This document shows positions 9,434-23,867 of a DNA stretch of 64,000 nt, one piece after another. Position 1 is the stretch's first letter, and each line of letters opens with the position of its first letter. The stretch spans positions 11,532,001 to 11,596,000 of the forward strand of contig NC_043004.1 in the NCBI RefSeq assembly GCF_006345805.1. Direction: 5' to 3'. This stretch comes from Octopus sinensis. Lineage: Eukaryota. The notes under the pieces are model-generated. The model was not told the DNA's origin, ran no database searches, and worked only from the letters and a program-made list of their open reading frames with translations. A program made the translations under genes and the position numbers.

Positions 9434-10362
9434 AAGTATGTGTAATTGTGAATAAATAACAATTTTAACGGAGAGGGTTGCAAAAAATAGCAGTCAAAAT
9501 TGCTATAAAGCCACTATAATCACTCATTTTATATCTCTTCACAATAAAGCTGTCGGCGGGTGACATGACATAAAATTCAATGCTTAAATGAAAGCTTAGT
9601 CCTCTATAACAATTACAAAGTTGGGAACCAAAACGGTTCCACTCTTCTCTTCAGGAGAACATTCCTGTATATACAAATTAACACAAAAAACATATCTCGG
9701 GGTTTAAAATGTGTCTCGACCGGCAAGAATAATGTGTTAACCTCTATCTATACAGTCAAATACTGAATCCCAACATCATGTTCAGCGTTTATAAGAAAAG
9801 AACAGTAAATTGAGCCACGGCGATGAACTGGATGTGAGAGAAATGTTAAATAATTCAAGAGGAATGTAGAATACACATTACGAAGGATGTATCGTAAATA
9901 AGACTGAATTGGTTATTTTAATTGAATATATCACTGATCAGAGCATGCAATCAAAAAATGTCGTGCATAACGTTGGAATTCAGAATTTGAATGTGTGGGT
10001 AGAATGTTCTACTGAAGAGAAGAGTGAAACCGTTTTCGTGCCTAACTTCGCAATTGCAATAGAGGACTAACCTTTAATTTAAGCTTTGAATTTTCCGTCA
10101 TGTCGCCCGACGACTGCTTTATTGCGGATAGGTACAATGTGAGTGCTTAGAGAGGCATCATAGCGGTTTTGACTGCTATTTCTAGATATGTAAGGGTTTT
10201 TGCAACCCTCTCCGTTATAACTGTGATTTATTCGCAATTATACACACTTATTTTATGAAAAAAAGGTTTTTGAGTGAATGTGCTGGCCATTGATGTATTC
10301 GTAAATAATCTTGAATTGTTTACGATATATCCTTCATAATGTATATTTTTACATTCCTCTAT
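9431..10362. mobile_element. (TA)n-flanked element made of two diverged, inverted, circularly permuted copies of a ~540-bp unit
   Basis: 9431-9670 is inverted at ~9998-10252 (AACGGAGAGGGTTGCAAAAA / TTTTTGCAACCCTCTCCGTT). 9856-9957 is inverted at ~10268-10360. Confidence 0.8.
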
Positions 10363-10477
10363 AAATATATATATATATATGTCATTTGTTTGTATAAAAA
10401 ATTTAAGTTGAATTGAATTTATAATTGTTCAATTTATTTTTTGTTTTCCATTTCTTTTATATATATATATATATATA

Positions 10478-10677
10478 TGGCTAAACCAAACATGAAAACA
10501 CAAAGAGAAAACACAACAATGCGAGAACGTGGAACAAGTATAGTGTTATTGGACGCTCAGGAAAGGAAAGAAAGAAGGAGGATTTAACGTTTCGTCAGAA
10601 AGATGCAAAAAGTAAAGGTCCAAGGAAGGGAAGACGGAGAAAGAAAATCGCCAACGATACACACGCGGTCAAATATT

Positions 10678-10680
<3 letters not shown>
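10478..10680 (-). mobile_element. Short (TA)n-flanked repeat with a collapsed hammerhead-like core
   Basis: Minus strand UUU-CUGACGAAACGUU-AAA at 10583-10601. Related in layout to 10735-10930 and ~18100-18280. Confidence 0.5.
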
Positions 10681-10733
<53 letters not shown>

Positions 10734-10734
10734 A

Positions 10735-10930
10735 TTATCCGCCATGATAGATCACTAGCCACTATACATCCTTTATTTTCTCTCCTTGTTTCCGTCTGTG
10801 TTCCTTTCTGTGGAAGAGCGTAGGTTCGTAACGTTAATGACTTTTTACTTCCCGAGCGTTATACTAATACATCTGTTTGTTGTCTACACCACCTGTCTTC
10901 GTCTTCTGTTTTTTTTTGGTTAATTCTCCC
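10735..10930 (+). mobile_element. Short microsatellite-flanked repeat family (other copies ~40695-40773 and 60430-60580)
   Basis: Shares CGCCATGATAGATC..TATACTAATACATCTGTTTGTT..ACACCACCTG.CTTCGTCTT with 60430-60580. A decayed hammerhead-like segment lies at 10808-10838. Confidence 0.75.
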
Positions 10931-11075
10931 CATATATATATATATATAATAAATATATATATACATATGAGAAAGAAAGACAGATAGAGAGTGAGAGAGA
11001 AATTATATATATATATAATAAGTATATATATACACATGAGAAAGAAAGATAGATAGATAGAGAGAGAGAAATATA

Positions 11076-11133
<58 letters not shown>

Positions 11134-11149
11134 ATATATATATGCATCC

Positions 11150-11300
11150 ATGGACGTGCATGGTTTAGGTTTAATTGTTAAGGTGCTGCACGCATGACTT
11201 CTTATATTGTGATTTCGATTTCTGAGCGCCGCGAAGTGTTGTGTTGTTGTGTCAAGCACTTCATTTTACGTTGATCTATTTTGCTCAGCTGCCAAAAAGG
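11150..11300 (+). mobile_element. Old tRNA-headed SINE 5' part (same group as 27205-27340, 36489-36775 and 62940-63080 minus)
   Basis: Decayed A/B boxes followed by a GTGTTGTGTTCTTGAGCAAGGCACTTTATTTCACGTTG-like core. Confidence 0.55.
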
Positions 11301-11759
11301 AAAAATTATGCGAGGGACCGTCGTCCTATCCAAAGGGCAGGACTGCAATATATATCGCCACAGAATATCGCAAACAGGTCTTATGATCCTATGGCTCGAG
11401 AAGGTCATTTGGTTCTTTTTTGGTGTATATATTCAAGTACACGCACATACGTATGGTACTTATGGGTTTACCAGTGACTCAACTTGTTAGTATTTGAAGG
11501 GTTCTTTTTCAATCAGTCACGCATCAACAATATTTTGCTGCAAGTATGTGAATTTGCAAGGAAGTGAAACAGATTTACACACATTTACACATGCACCTAG
11601 AAACACACTCACACACTCAACAGACACACCCTTAAATTCACACACTCGCATTCATTCGTGGATATACCGTATATATAATTTTCTTTCGTGTTATAGGACG
11701 TTGTTTCAAAATTAAAATGGGACCTGTACAGGAAGTATATTTGCATATTAGGTGTTGTG

Positions 11760-11995
11760 TCTGTGTATGGGGGGTGTATGTGTGCGTATGTATATGTATA
11801 TATAATATGTGTTGTGTGCGCACCTATATATACAGACATATATAGATGTATATATAAATACACGTACATATACATATATATTTATATGTATATAGATATC
11901 GATATAAATATATAACTATATATATATATATATGTATACACACATTTATATAAATATACGTAAACACGCATAATATATATATATATATATATATA

Positions 11996-12030
<35 letters not shown>

Positions 12031-12085
12031 ACACACATATATATGTGTGTATATATATATACATATATATACATACACCTATATA

Positions 12086-12158
<73 letters not shown>

Positions 12159-12252
12159 TATGTACGTATGTGTGTAGTTAAGTGTTTGCATCTGAATGTA
12201 TGCCTGCACTTGAATGTGTGTGTGTGTGTGAGAGAGAAAGAGAGAGAGAGAG
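11760..12252. repeat. Compound (TA)/(CA)/(GA) microsatellite
   Basis: Directly visible. Similar compound tracts lie at 14490-14860, 16150-16660, 16835-17095, 19060-19620, 20780-21610, 25075-25550, 35480-35912, 47790-48320 and 50470-50790. Confidence 0.98.
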
Positions 12253-12749
12253 ACGGAAAGAAAGAAGGAAAGTAAGAGAGCAAGTTCGTCAGTGCATTTG
12301 TTGTCTAGAGTTTTGACAGTCCTCAATTCTAAACCCTAAACATGCTTTTTCTTGCTCCATTGATAACAAACATTGCAGAACCGCTAAAGACTAATTATCC
12401 ACGATAATTTTCATGCTTTCACACCGTTTAAGAAAGGCATAGGTTCTCTAATCACATTAGCACTCAATTTACCAATTTTCTGTTTTCTGAGAATTAGCGG
12501 TTTCAATTTCCTTTAAAGACCGACAATGTTCTCTGTAACTGAAAAAGTAAATATATGGGTGTGGAATATAAATTCCCAGAATCTCGAGGTTTTTAAATTG
12601 CTGGTATATAAAACTACCAATAAATTAACCCAAATTTTGGCCAGGCGACATGTTGTTACAGTTTTTGAACAAAGTAAATACTCAAATTTCAAATTAGGTT
12701 TTGAGAATTGCGCTGATGGCACTCACAGCCAGAAACGAAGTTCACAAAG

Positions 12750-12833
12750 TCATCATCATCGTCGTCGTCATCGCCGTCATCATCATCATCATCATCATCA
12801 TCATCGTCGTCGTCGTCGTCGTCGTCGTCATCG

Positions 12834-12871
<38 letters not shown>

Positions 12872-12899
12872 GTCGTCGTCGTCGTCGTCATCGTCATCG

Positions 12900-12944
<45 letters not shown>

Positions 12945-13352
12945 CTGTTTTCTTCTTCTTCAGCAGCAGCAGGAGCAGCATTAAAATCGTCATATAAATC
13001 CCTTTTTTCCTCTTCCGCATCACCATCATCATCAGAATCATCGTCATCATCATTGTTGTTAGCATCATCATCATCATCATCGTCGTCGTCGATGTCCTCG
13101 TTATGATCATTATCTTTATCGTCATCGTCGTTTTCGTCGTCGTCATCGTTGCAATCGTCAACATCATCATCACCACCATCACCACCACCAATAAGATCAC
13201 CGCCACCACCACCATTTTCTCCATCGTCGTCGTCATCACCATTGTCGTTGTCATCACCATCATCATCCTCATCATCATCATAGTGATCATCACCATCGTC
13301 GTCGTTATCGCTGTCATCGTTGTCGCCGCGGTCATCATCATCATCATCATCT
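12750..13352. repeat. (CAT)/(CGT)/(CAC) compound trinucleotide microsatellite
   Basis: Directly visible. Gives overlapping poly-His, poly-Asp, poly-Met and poly-Ile ORFs in several frames. Confidence 0.97.
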
Positions 13353-13621
13353 TCATTATGAACCTCTTGTGCTTTTCGTATTCTCATGCTCCAAACTATT
13401 TACTCCCCTCCCCTCTCATCCACTTCCCAGTCTGTCGATAATAAGGGAAAGGACCAGATATAAATGGAAATGATCACTAATCTAAAGCAGCTGTAATATC
13501 GAACCAAAAGATGAACGTTACCCCTATGCTCTTGCGTGCACTGATACAGTTTATTGCGAGATCCATTTTAAATCCAACACTGGTGTCTTCAGAAAACGAA
13601 TAACTCTTTTGATAATCAAGC

Positions 13622-13985
13622 ATGGTATGACTAAAGTAATGAAAAAGCTCACTGTACAATTGTATGGTCTAGGGTTCAGTCCGCACCTTGGCCAAGTCTC
13701 CTCCATTCACGCCCTAATCGGACCAGACCAAGGTCTTGTGAATGAATTTGGTAAACAGAAACTGCGTGGAAGCATAATGTGTGTGCTTTTATGATAGTGT
13801 TCGTCCATCGATCCACCGCTTCACTACGGTGTTGGTTTGATTCCGTTCCTGTAACATACCGGTTTAGCAAAGGATACAGATTTAAACAAATAAGTAGAGG
13901 TTTATTTGTTCGACTCTACTCTCCAAGGCGGTGCTCCAGAATGACCGCAGTCCATTTGAGTGAAATAAGAGATAGAATATAAAAG
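13622..13985 (+). mobile_element. OK-like SINE, old diverged copy
   Basis: GGGTTCAGTCC..CACCTTGGCCAAG..AAGGCGGTGCTCCAGAATGACCGCAGTC..TGAAATAAG is collinear with 41761-42160. Confidence 0.8.
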
Positions 13986-14658
13986 TACATTCATATGTGT
14001 AACAAGTATAAATATAGCCTCGTTCTTAAAACGGAGCCCGAGGTTAAACAATTTTACTATTGTTGCAAGTTATACACCACAACACTGCTTTCTTTAGTTA
14101 AATAATATATGCACGTAATGTATGTACTACTATGAAGATAAGTAAATACAGCGCCAGGTACTGCCAATCGTATTTTCGTAAATAATGGTAAGCTACTCTC
14201 TATCTATCTCTGTCTCAAACTCTCTCTCTTCCTGTTTCTCTGTCTCTTTAATTTTCTTTGTTATTTCTCTCTCTTTCTTCCTGTAGAAAAACGAACTAAA
14301 ATCTTATAATGAAGCGGTAATGAAAAGAATATATTACTCATTTTTTCCTCTATTAATATGTAGGATTGCATTACCAAATTGATAAGCAGAATATACACAG
14401 ATTTCGGTCCAATTACAGAAACATATGAACTAAAATGCATCATATCATGATCGCATCAAGTTACATATCATATTCTATGTTCTTCCATATAAACACACAC
14501 ACACACACACAAACACACACATATATATATATAGTGTCTGAGAGTGAATACACTTATATAGTGTGTGTGGTATATATATATATATATGTGTATGTATGTA
14601 TGTATGTATATGTATATATGTATGTATATGTATGTATATATGCATATATAAATGTATG

Positions 14659-14697
<39 letters not shown>

Positions 14698-15231
14698 GTA
14701 TATGTATATTGATATATATATGAATGCGTGTGTGTGTATATATATATAAATGTATATATATATATATATATATATATACATGCACACACTCACACATGCA
14801 CACACACACACATACACACACATACCCAATACACACAAATACATAATGTATATCATATATCATCGCGTTACACATCATATCGATATCCTGATACGGTGAA
14901 CATAACCAGAGTCGAATAAAAATAAAAATAAAAAAATAAAAAAAAATACAAACGAAAATAAAAACGTGCCGGAATAAATCATGTTTTCTTTGACAACAAA
15001 GACCTTATGTAAGGACTGAAAGATGAGGTCAAAATCGTTTTGATACTAACAAAATAACGAACATGTGTAGGCGATTTACGAGGGCGAGCAATCGTTATCC
15101 GTTAATCCAGTTGATTCTCCAGCTTACTCCTGGCCCCACCCAAACATTTTGTTTCATTGCTTTGTCCCACATTCTTTTCTTTATAAACAGGGAGACAGTA
15201 CAGTTTTACTTCCTTATTTTTTCATTTCTTC

Positions 15232-15742
15232 TTATACTTCTTTCAGTCGTTAGATTACGGCCATACTAGGGCACCACCTTGCAAGATTTTCGTTGAACGG
15301 ATCGACACCAGTGCTTAATTTTTTTTTTCTTTTTCGTTAGTAACTCGTGGTATTTATTCTATCGGGTTCTAAGCCGAACCACTTGGTTGCAGTGATCTAA
15401 ACAAACCAACACCGGTTGCCAAGAGGTGGTTGGGGACAAAGAAGGTAACACCCACTCTTTCTCTCTCTCTCTCTCTCTTTCTATCTCTTTCTCTCTCTCT
15501 CTCTATCTATCTATCTCTCTCTCTCTCCCTCTTTCTCTCTCTTTCTTTTTCTCTCTCTCTCTCTATCTATCTATCTCTCTCTCACACACATACATACGAC
15601 TGACTTCTTTCAGTTTACCTCAACCAAATCTACTCGCAACGCTTTGGTCGGCTCAAGGCTATAGTTGAAGACACTTGCCCAGGGGTACTAAATCTAGAAC
15701 AATGTGGTTGGGAAGCAAGCTTCTTATCACACCGCCACGCCT
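15232..15742 (-). mobile_element. OK-like SINE with expanded internal (CT)n
   Basis: Tail TTTCAGTCGTTAGATTACGGCCATACT..GCACCACCTT at left. Head GAAGACACTTGCCC..ATGTGGTTGGGAAGCAAGCTTCTTA at right. Confidence 0.8.
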
Positions 15743-16868
15743 AATTCTGTTCCATTCACCATGACGTAGAATTCCATTAAATATAACAATTATTCCATTT
15801 CCTTTCTCTATTACATCCGATTTCTACGTAAAAGACTCTGTATTTAGCGTATAACAAAAATCATCTGGCCATGCCATACAGGGTCCAGATCAAAATATAT
15901 ATACTAAGAAATTTGGAAAACAAAGGAATGCAATATTTTGTAATATTCGTATCTTAACCAAGAATTTTAGGAAGATGAATGGGAATGGCGGGTATCAGAA
16001 AAACATCCGAAGTTGCCTACGTGTGTGAGCGATAACTTTAGTAAAATTTGTTTCTAAAAGTGTCCATTGAGAAGCTGAAAGCCGATGTTGTTCTGGAGAA
16101 AGGAATTTCGATATATGTTACCGGATACATGAATATATGACATATGATTTACACACACACACACACACACACACATACACACACACACACACGCACACGC
16201 ACTCACACACACACACAAGCAAACATTCATGCACACAAATACATACTTCTTTCAACTTGTCAAATATTCAAATATACACATACATACCTACATAGAGTGC
16301 GTACCTGCGTACAAACATACTTACATAGATACGTACAAACATAGAAAAAATGTATATACATGCATACGTGTATGCATACATATATATATGTATATTTACA
16401 TTTATACATATATATATATATACATACAAACATACATATACATACATAAATACAAACATACATACATATATATATATATATACATGCATAAATACACACA
16501 AACATACGTATGCATACGTATATATACATACATATATATCTACGAACTTACATATACATATATACATATATATATTGAAATAAATATATATATATATATA
16601 TATATATACATGCATGTGTGTTGTGTGGTGGTGTGTGTGGTGTGTATGTGTGTGTTTGTGTGAGTAATTTCAAGCGTGACAACTTAAAACGAAGTTGTGT
16701 CCGAACTCTTAGAATAAAGAAATCAAAGATACGTCTGAGACTGAATACACATTGAATCCATAATCGTTATTCCAATAAAATGTATTTCGTTTCGCCTGTG
16801 GCTCTTTGGAAACTATTCTGCATCTATACAGACATATACATACATACATACATACATATATATATACA

Positions 16869-16936
<68 letters not shown>

Positions 16937-16948
16937 AATCTCTCTCTA

Positions 16949-17004
<56 letters not shown>

Positions 17005-17010
17005 GATCTA

Positions 17011-17050
<40 letters not shown>

Positions 17051-17507
17051 ATATATATATATAAATATTATATATATATATATATATACATATATTTTTT
17101 TTCATCTTTCATGAATTCTTATATACACTAAAAATACGCACAAGCGTCAATTGAATAATGAATGGAATAGCATATATTGTTACAAGGAGACTGTTGGTGG
17201 TTACCTCAATGTAGGGCTTTGTTGCATTCTACAGTGTTATTAAGGGGATAGAGCCAAAAACATGGAAGGGACAGCAAAACTTTTCCGTGTGAAAATCATA
17301 CAATCATAAACGTGCGCGCACACAAATTGACCCTAGTAGTTATTTTCATGCGCAGCACGTATCTTATCAGTATCTTTTTAACTAACCACTGTGTTACATG
17401 GACGTAAAAGAGCAACACAAGTTGCCACGTACTGGAGAGGGACAAATACAAAGACAAAGACACACAAACAGATTTATGCATGAATACATACATACATACA
17501 TAAGTGT

Positions 17508-17896
17508 GGAGGCGCAATAGCCCAGTGGTTAGGGCAGCGGACTCGCGGTCATAGGATCGCGGTTTCGATTCCCAGACCGGGTGTTGTGAGTGTTTATTGA
17601 GCGAAAACACCTAAAAGCTCCACGAGGCTCCGGCAGGGAGTGGTGGTGATCCCTGCTGTACTCTTTCACCACAACTTTCTCTCACACTTACTTCCTGTTT
17701 CTGTTGTACCTGTATTTCAAGGGGCCGGCCTTGTCACTCTCTGTGTCACGCTGAATATCCCCGAGAACTACGTTATGGGTGCACGTGTCTGTGGAGTACT
17801 CAGCCACTTACACGTTAATTTCACGAGCAGGTTGTTCCGTTGATTCGGATCAACCGGAACCCTCATCGTCGTAACCGACGGAGTGCTTCCAACAAC
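17508..17896 (+). mobile_element. Full-length ~390-bp tRNA(Arg)-like SINE (resembles octopus OR1)
   Basis: Head GGAGGCGCAATAGCCCAGTGGTTAGGGCAGCGGACTCGCGGTC..GGTTTCGATTCCC has A/B boxes and TCG at the anticodon position. Second copy at 49976-50351 (minus). The family name is from memory. Confidence 0.85.
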
Positions 17897-19240
17897 ATAC
17901 ATAAGTGTGTGTGTGTGTCTATACGATGGGTGGTAAAAATTTCCTAGCCTTAAGGGTTTCCGAATTCTTTTACAGAGCTTATAAAAACTTAAGGACCGTT
18001 GCAATTTTCGTGTGAACCTGAGAAAGAATATGGGAATAAAATCATTATTATTTGAACCTCCTGCAAGAAATTCTTCAGCAATGTAATTGCACACCTACTT
18101 TTGGTGATTTTCCCCCATACTTTGAATGTTTCTCTTTTCCCCTTTTCCTTTCGGAAGAAGAGCTATTCTCGAAACGTCAACAAATTTCACTTTTTCTTCA
18201 ACGTGAAACTAATACATTCCATGTGCACGTCTTGTTGTGGTTTGTTATTGTTATTTTTAATGCTCGTTTATTTTATTTGCCTATATGTGTGTGTGTGTGT
18301 ATAATTATGCATACATATGTATGTACGCCGCACACATACACACACAAATGTACACACACAAATACATGTACACACAAACATACACATGAATATATGCGTA
18401 TATGTGCGAGATAATTAAGGAATTCATTGATCATACAATACATTGATCATTCTAGGCGGTGCCCCTGTATGGCCGCAGTCAAATAAGTAGAAGTTCAAAG
18501 TAAAGTTAAAAGATAAGTAAATGCAAAAAGATTAAAAGATTAAAAAATACTTCTACTTGAACATGACTGACCCGGGGCTAAACAAGGAAAAGTACAATGA
18601 CAATGAATACAACTATTAATGTATTAAAAATGGTGCTAAAAACGAACCGAAAATTGAACTTCGTCATATGCTGGAGAAAATATGTTACTGCGTTCTTTGT
18701 GGTACAGATAGCGTATACGACTAAGTGTTTATACAATGGTTCCCACGTGAAATTCAATCAGTATATTTAATAGATGTTCTTAACACATCAAACCACTTGA
18801 TCCCATCAAAAAACATCGAAAGAATATAATTTGCAACAATTACTTTCGGGGAAATGAGGTTATTGGTGTTTTAATGAGGAAATTAGAACTGTCTTCATTG
18901 CCATTGCATGTATATATAGAAATATGAACTAGAAAAAAAACCACAGTTAAAACAATAACAACAAACAGAAAAGTGGGGAGTACAACGGTCACAGAGTATT
19001 AACCCCAGACTTAACTGATACAAATATGAATGATATTAAAACACACGTCAAATACCGATACATATAGAAATACATATGCAAGTACACACATACAGAAATA
19101 CATATATATGTACATACATACATACACACATACATACATATATACATACATACATACATACATACATACATACATACATGCATACATATGCATGTATATA
19201 TACATACAAACAGACTCAAACACATATGTATATATATACG

Positions 19241-19301
<61 letters not shown>

Positions 19302-19509
19302 GTTATATATATTTGTATTTATACAAGTGTATGTAAGTTCATGTATATATATATATATATATATATGTACTTACACTTAGATATATATGCATATATATGT
19401 ACATATATTATATATATATACTTATTTCATATATCAATATATCTGTGTATATAAGTGTTGGTATATGTATATATGCATATGATATATATTGTGTGTATGT
19501 CTCTGTGCG

Positions 19510-19549
<40 letters not shown>

Positions 19550-20061
19550 CACATAATATATATATATGGATTGTATTAATACATATATACATAATATATA
19601 TATGTATATCACATAAATATATAATTGATGTATTATATTCTTATATAATGCAAAACGGGTAATTGTATGTTTCGCATAGTCTTATGTTACACGCACAAAC
19701 GGGTAATACAAACACCACGACTACATCACCACAATAACAACACATGCACACACATAAACACGCACACGAACACACACGCACACACACAAGCTCATACACA
19801 CACAACACATACACACACATACAGGCACACACAGAAACATATAATATTGGTAATAAAGATTCAGCAACGTATCAATTTAATTTTCTGGATTGCGTGATTA
19901 TTTCAATAAATAATATGTTATTGGTGTTAGTTTCGACTAAACAACAAACATATGGAAATCTATATGTACCTACTTCATTATCTACCTGTACGTGAAGCAA
20001 ACACATTCGACGTATATATAGATACATAGACAGAGTCAAACATACACACAGACATACATAC

Positions 20062-20062
<1 letters not shown>

Positions 20063-20095
<33 letters not shown>

Positions 20096-20116
20096 GTAGA
20101 TAGATAGATAGATAGG

Positions 20117-20151
<35 letters not shown>

Positions 20152-20282
20152 TAGATAGATAGGTAGGTAGGTAGGTAGGTAGGTAGGTAGATAGAGAGAT
20201 AGATAGATGGATAGATAGATACATACATACATACATACATACATAGATACATACATAGGTAGACAGACAGACAGACAGGCAG

Positions 20283-20362
<80 letters not shown>

Positions 20363-20486
20363 GTACGTAGGAAGGTAAGTATGTAGGTAGTAAGGTAGGT
20401 AGGTAGATAGAAAAACAGACAGATAGATAGATAAATGGAGAGAGAGAGAGAAAGAGAGGGAGAGAGAAATAGATAGATAGATAGAT

Positions 20487-20517
<31 letters not shown>

Positions 20518-20530
20518 AGATAGATAGACA
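20063..20530. repeat. (GATA)/(GGTA)/(GACA)/(GA) compound tetranucleotide microsatellite
   Basis: Directly visible. Source of the 231/197/177-aa minus-strand ORFs. Confidence 0.98.
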
Positions 20531-20951
20531 TGTAAATATATATACATATATACACACACACACACACACATATATAAGTATATTAGATATACAGAGGGGA
20601 GAGCAGGGGTGGAGGGAAGGAAGACAGGCAGAGATTGGGTGGAGTGTTTATATAGGTGGATGGTATAAAGATATAAGTGTTCATATGTAAAAGTTGGTTC
20701 GTCTTTGTGGAGTGCGTGCAGTTTTTGCGTGTTGAGAAATTTTATACTTAAGTATATCTGTACTGGAGTAATTCAATGTCGATACATATTTATTTAAAAG
20801 ATATGTATGTTTGTATTTACTTATGTTTACATATATCTATGTATCTATGTGTGTATATACATACATACATATATATATTTATATATATACAAACACACAC
20901 ATATATATATGTATGCATACATCTACATATATATTTATATATATGTATTCG

Positions 20952-20987
<36 letters not shown>

Positions 20988-21169
20988 CATATATACATAT
21001 ATATATATATGCATATACATATATACATAAATACGTACACATATATACGCGTATATATGCATATATATGTAGATATATAAATATATACATAAACAGTATA
21101 TACATTTGTGTATGTATATATATGTATATATATACACATATATGTATATGCATGTATATATATACACAC

Positions 21170-21207
<38 letters not shown>

Positions 21208-21511
21208 GTATATGTATGTATATATATCTACACACACACACACACACGCGCATATATGTATATATATATAAACACGATGGGTGAGAGGGAGATTAGAAGA
21301 GACATATTGACAAAAAAATCTACAATCTCAAAAAATTGTGTGCGTATATATAGCGTTGATGTGTGTGTATGTGTGTGTGTATGTATGAACATTTATGCAT
21401 GTATTCCTAATATAAAACATATATTTAGAATGAGGGGGAAACAGATGGGCACAAATTACTGATGTATGTGGAATACACACATACACACATACATACACAC
21501 ATACATACATA

Positions 21512-21582
<71 letters not shown>

Positions 21583-22421
21583 TTATATATACTCATATGT
21601 ATATATGTGTATGGTTCGTTATGTTTGCAAGTATGTATATGTTTATATTTTACTGTCTGTGTGTTCGTGGGGCCGTGTTTGTGTTGTTTTGTGTATGTTT
21701 GTTTTGATAATTAAGCAATAATATTTCATTTAAATATACCTTACAAACATGATCGTGTTTTTTTTTTCAAATTTTATTTTATTTTTATTATCCTAAGTGC
21801 TTTTAACACAAAATTTTTCTCCTGGGGATATTTAAAAGTTTTCTTTAATTATCTCTATTTATACATCGATATATATCTTCCTTTGTATCTATATAACACT
21901 TTATCAGTTTCTATATCTATATACACTTATAAACATAAATACAAGCATGCGTAATTGTGTACATTCATATGTATATATATTCCTGTATGTTTGTATGTAT
22001 GCGTGCGTGTGTGTGTATGTATGTATTATTTACGCTTCTTTCATTCTGTTATACACACAGACACTCTCGCATACAAGAACTTACGCAATTATTTAAGCAT
22101 TCTTATATCACTGTGTATATACCCACAGATATCACGTATGTAAGCATATAACAACAAGCATGTGTGTGCGTGTGAGCGTGCACGCGGGCGCGTGCAGGTG
22201 TGTTCTAGAAATTAAGGAAATCTCAAACGCAGAAGAGCAAGTGAAAACAGCTTAGTTAATCGGGTAAAATACCCTTTTAGTCGGAAAAATGTGGCCAAGC
22301 CGCTACTTTCTGGCCACATCTGCGGTGCCTGTCCTCCACCACCGGTTGTTCCTCACTAGACAGACATACACATACACTCACAAGAAAAAAATGCACATAC
22401 ACACACACAAACACACACACA

Positions 22422-22463
<42 letters not shown>

Positions 22464-22487
22464 GCACACTCACACATACATATACAC

Positions 22488-22640
22488 GAAGGATTTCTTT
22501 TAGCTTACGTCAGCCAAATCTGCTCACAAGTATTTGGTCGACCAAGACTATAGCAGAAGACACTTGCCCAAGATGCCAGGCATGGGGACCGAACCCGGAA
22601 CTTTATCGTTTTGAAACAAACTTCTTACTACGCGCAGTCA
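22488..22640 (-). mobile_element. OK-like SINE 5' half
   Basis: TTTGGTCGACCAAGACTATAGCAGAAGACACTTGCCCAAGATGCC matches the family. Confidence 0.8.
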
Positions 22641-22647
22641 CATATAC

Positions 22648-22689
<42 letters not shown>

Positions 22690-23409
22690 AACGAAAACCT
22701 CCACGAGGTAAAAGTGAAACACTTAAGTGAGATTTACCGTAAGCCATAACCGGGACCTCAATGCTGTGGCCAATAGTCCTTCTATGTTTTTAAGATGTTT
22801 GCATCTGGGTAACGGTACTAATGACTCGGTTAGAGCTTCTCAATACACGATGCGTGAAACAGTAACAATGTGTTTGAGGGACCAACTATCATTTGCAGTT
22901 ATGGCAGCAGCATGACATATTAGTGAAAAGATTATCTTCATTATTATTGAGGAGTGTATTCGGAGAGAAACATATCTATGGGCGTTCAAGCCTGTTAGTG
23001 TGTGTGTATGTGCCTGTGCGTATTTGCGTGTGTCTGTGCGCGTATTTATTTATGTATGTCTGCGTGTGTATCTGTGTGCGTATTTGTGTATGTGTACGTT
23101 TGTGTGTGTGCGTGTGTGTGTGTGAGAGAGAGAGAGAGACACCACACACACACACACATACAGAAGGGGGAGGGCGAAGCAGGTTGAAATGTATTTTCCA
23201 GGCCCAAGACAAGTGTGGGATAGCTGAAATGGTGAAACATTTTACTGGGATGAGAAAACTCTTGATATTTCGACACGGTAAACACAGATAGAAAAGTAAA
23301 ACGCGAGGACGTGCTGACGGTAGCCAATCCAAATGGTTGAAAATGGTATTCTGGCAAAAATATATCAGTATATTTTTTGCTTTTTGTTTCTTTTACATCA
23401 TTTAAGTAC

Positions 23410-23768
23410 TTCCGAGGTCGACTTTGCCTTTCATCATTTCGGGGTCGATAAATTAAGTACCAGTTGCGTACTGGGGTCGATTAGATCGACCCCCCCCCCA
23501 AAAAAAAATCTTTGAGCCTTGCGCCTAGCGTAGAAAATATTAAGTTCTTCAAGGCAGCCAGCTGGCAGAACCGTTAGGACACTGGTCAAAATGCTTAGTG
23601 GCATTTCGCCTGTCTTTGCGTTCTCAGTGCAAATTCCACCGAGGTCGATTATGCCTTTTATCCTTTCGGGATCGATAAATTAAGTACCAGTGAAACACTT
23701 TGGTCTATTTAATCGACTAGTCCTTTCCCCACAAATTTCAGGCCTTGTATCAAGAGTAGAAAGGGTTA
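23410..23768 (+). mobile_element. Two adjacent Nin/Deu-domain SINEs (23410-23540 partial; 23551-23768 full), tail type A
   Basis: CCGAGGTCGA.T.TGCCTTT.ATC.TTTCGGG.TCGATAAATTAAGTACCAG occurs twice. Confidence 0.9.
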
Positions 23769-23867
23769 TTTAAGTTCTTCTGAATCGAGTTCAGCAGGTA
23801 ACAAAGTAACAAGGCCACTTTGAGTTAGAGCCGTTCCAGGAGTTTTGTAAATATGTGTCTTTCATAT

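Noticed and set aside
12526-13441. 232-aa poly-Asp and 152-aa poly-His/Arg ORFs suggesting an acidic biomineralisation or metal-binding protein
   Set aside because: The (CAT/CGT)n tract is open in five or more frames on both strands and the flanks give no consistent gene structure. A similar tract lies at 45870-46052.
17508-17580. tRNA-Arg gene
   Set aside because: There is no acceptor stem, and the sequence continues into a multi-copy SINE body, so this is a SINE head.
17920-18085. Possible deleted mariner MITE (TACGATGGG.. start, transposase C-terminal-like interior)
   Set aside because: The TIRs are too degraded to pair convincingly by eye.
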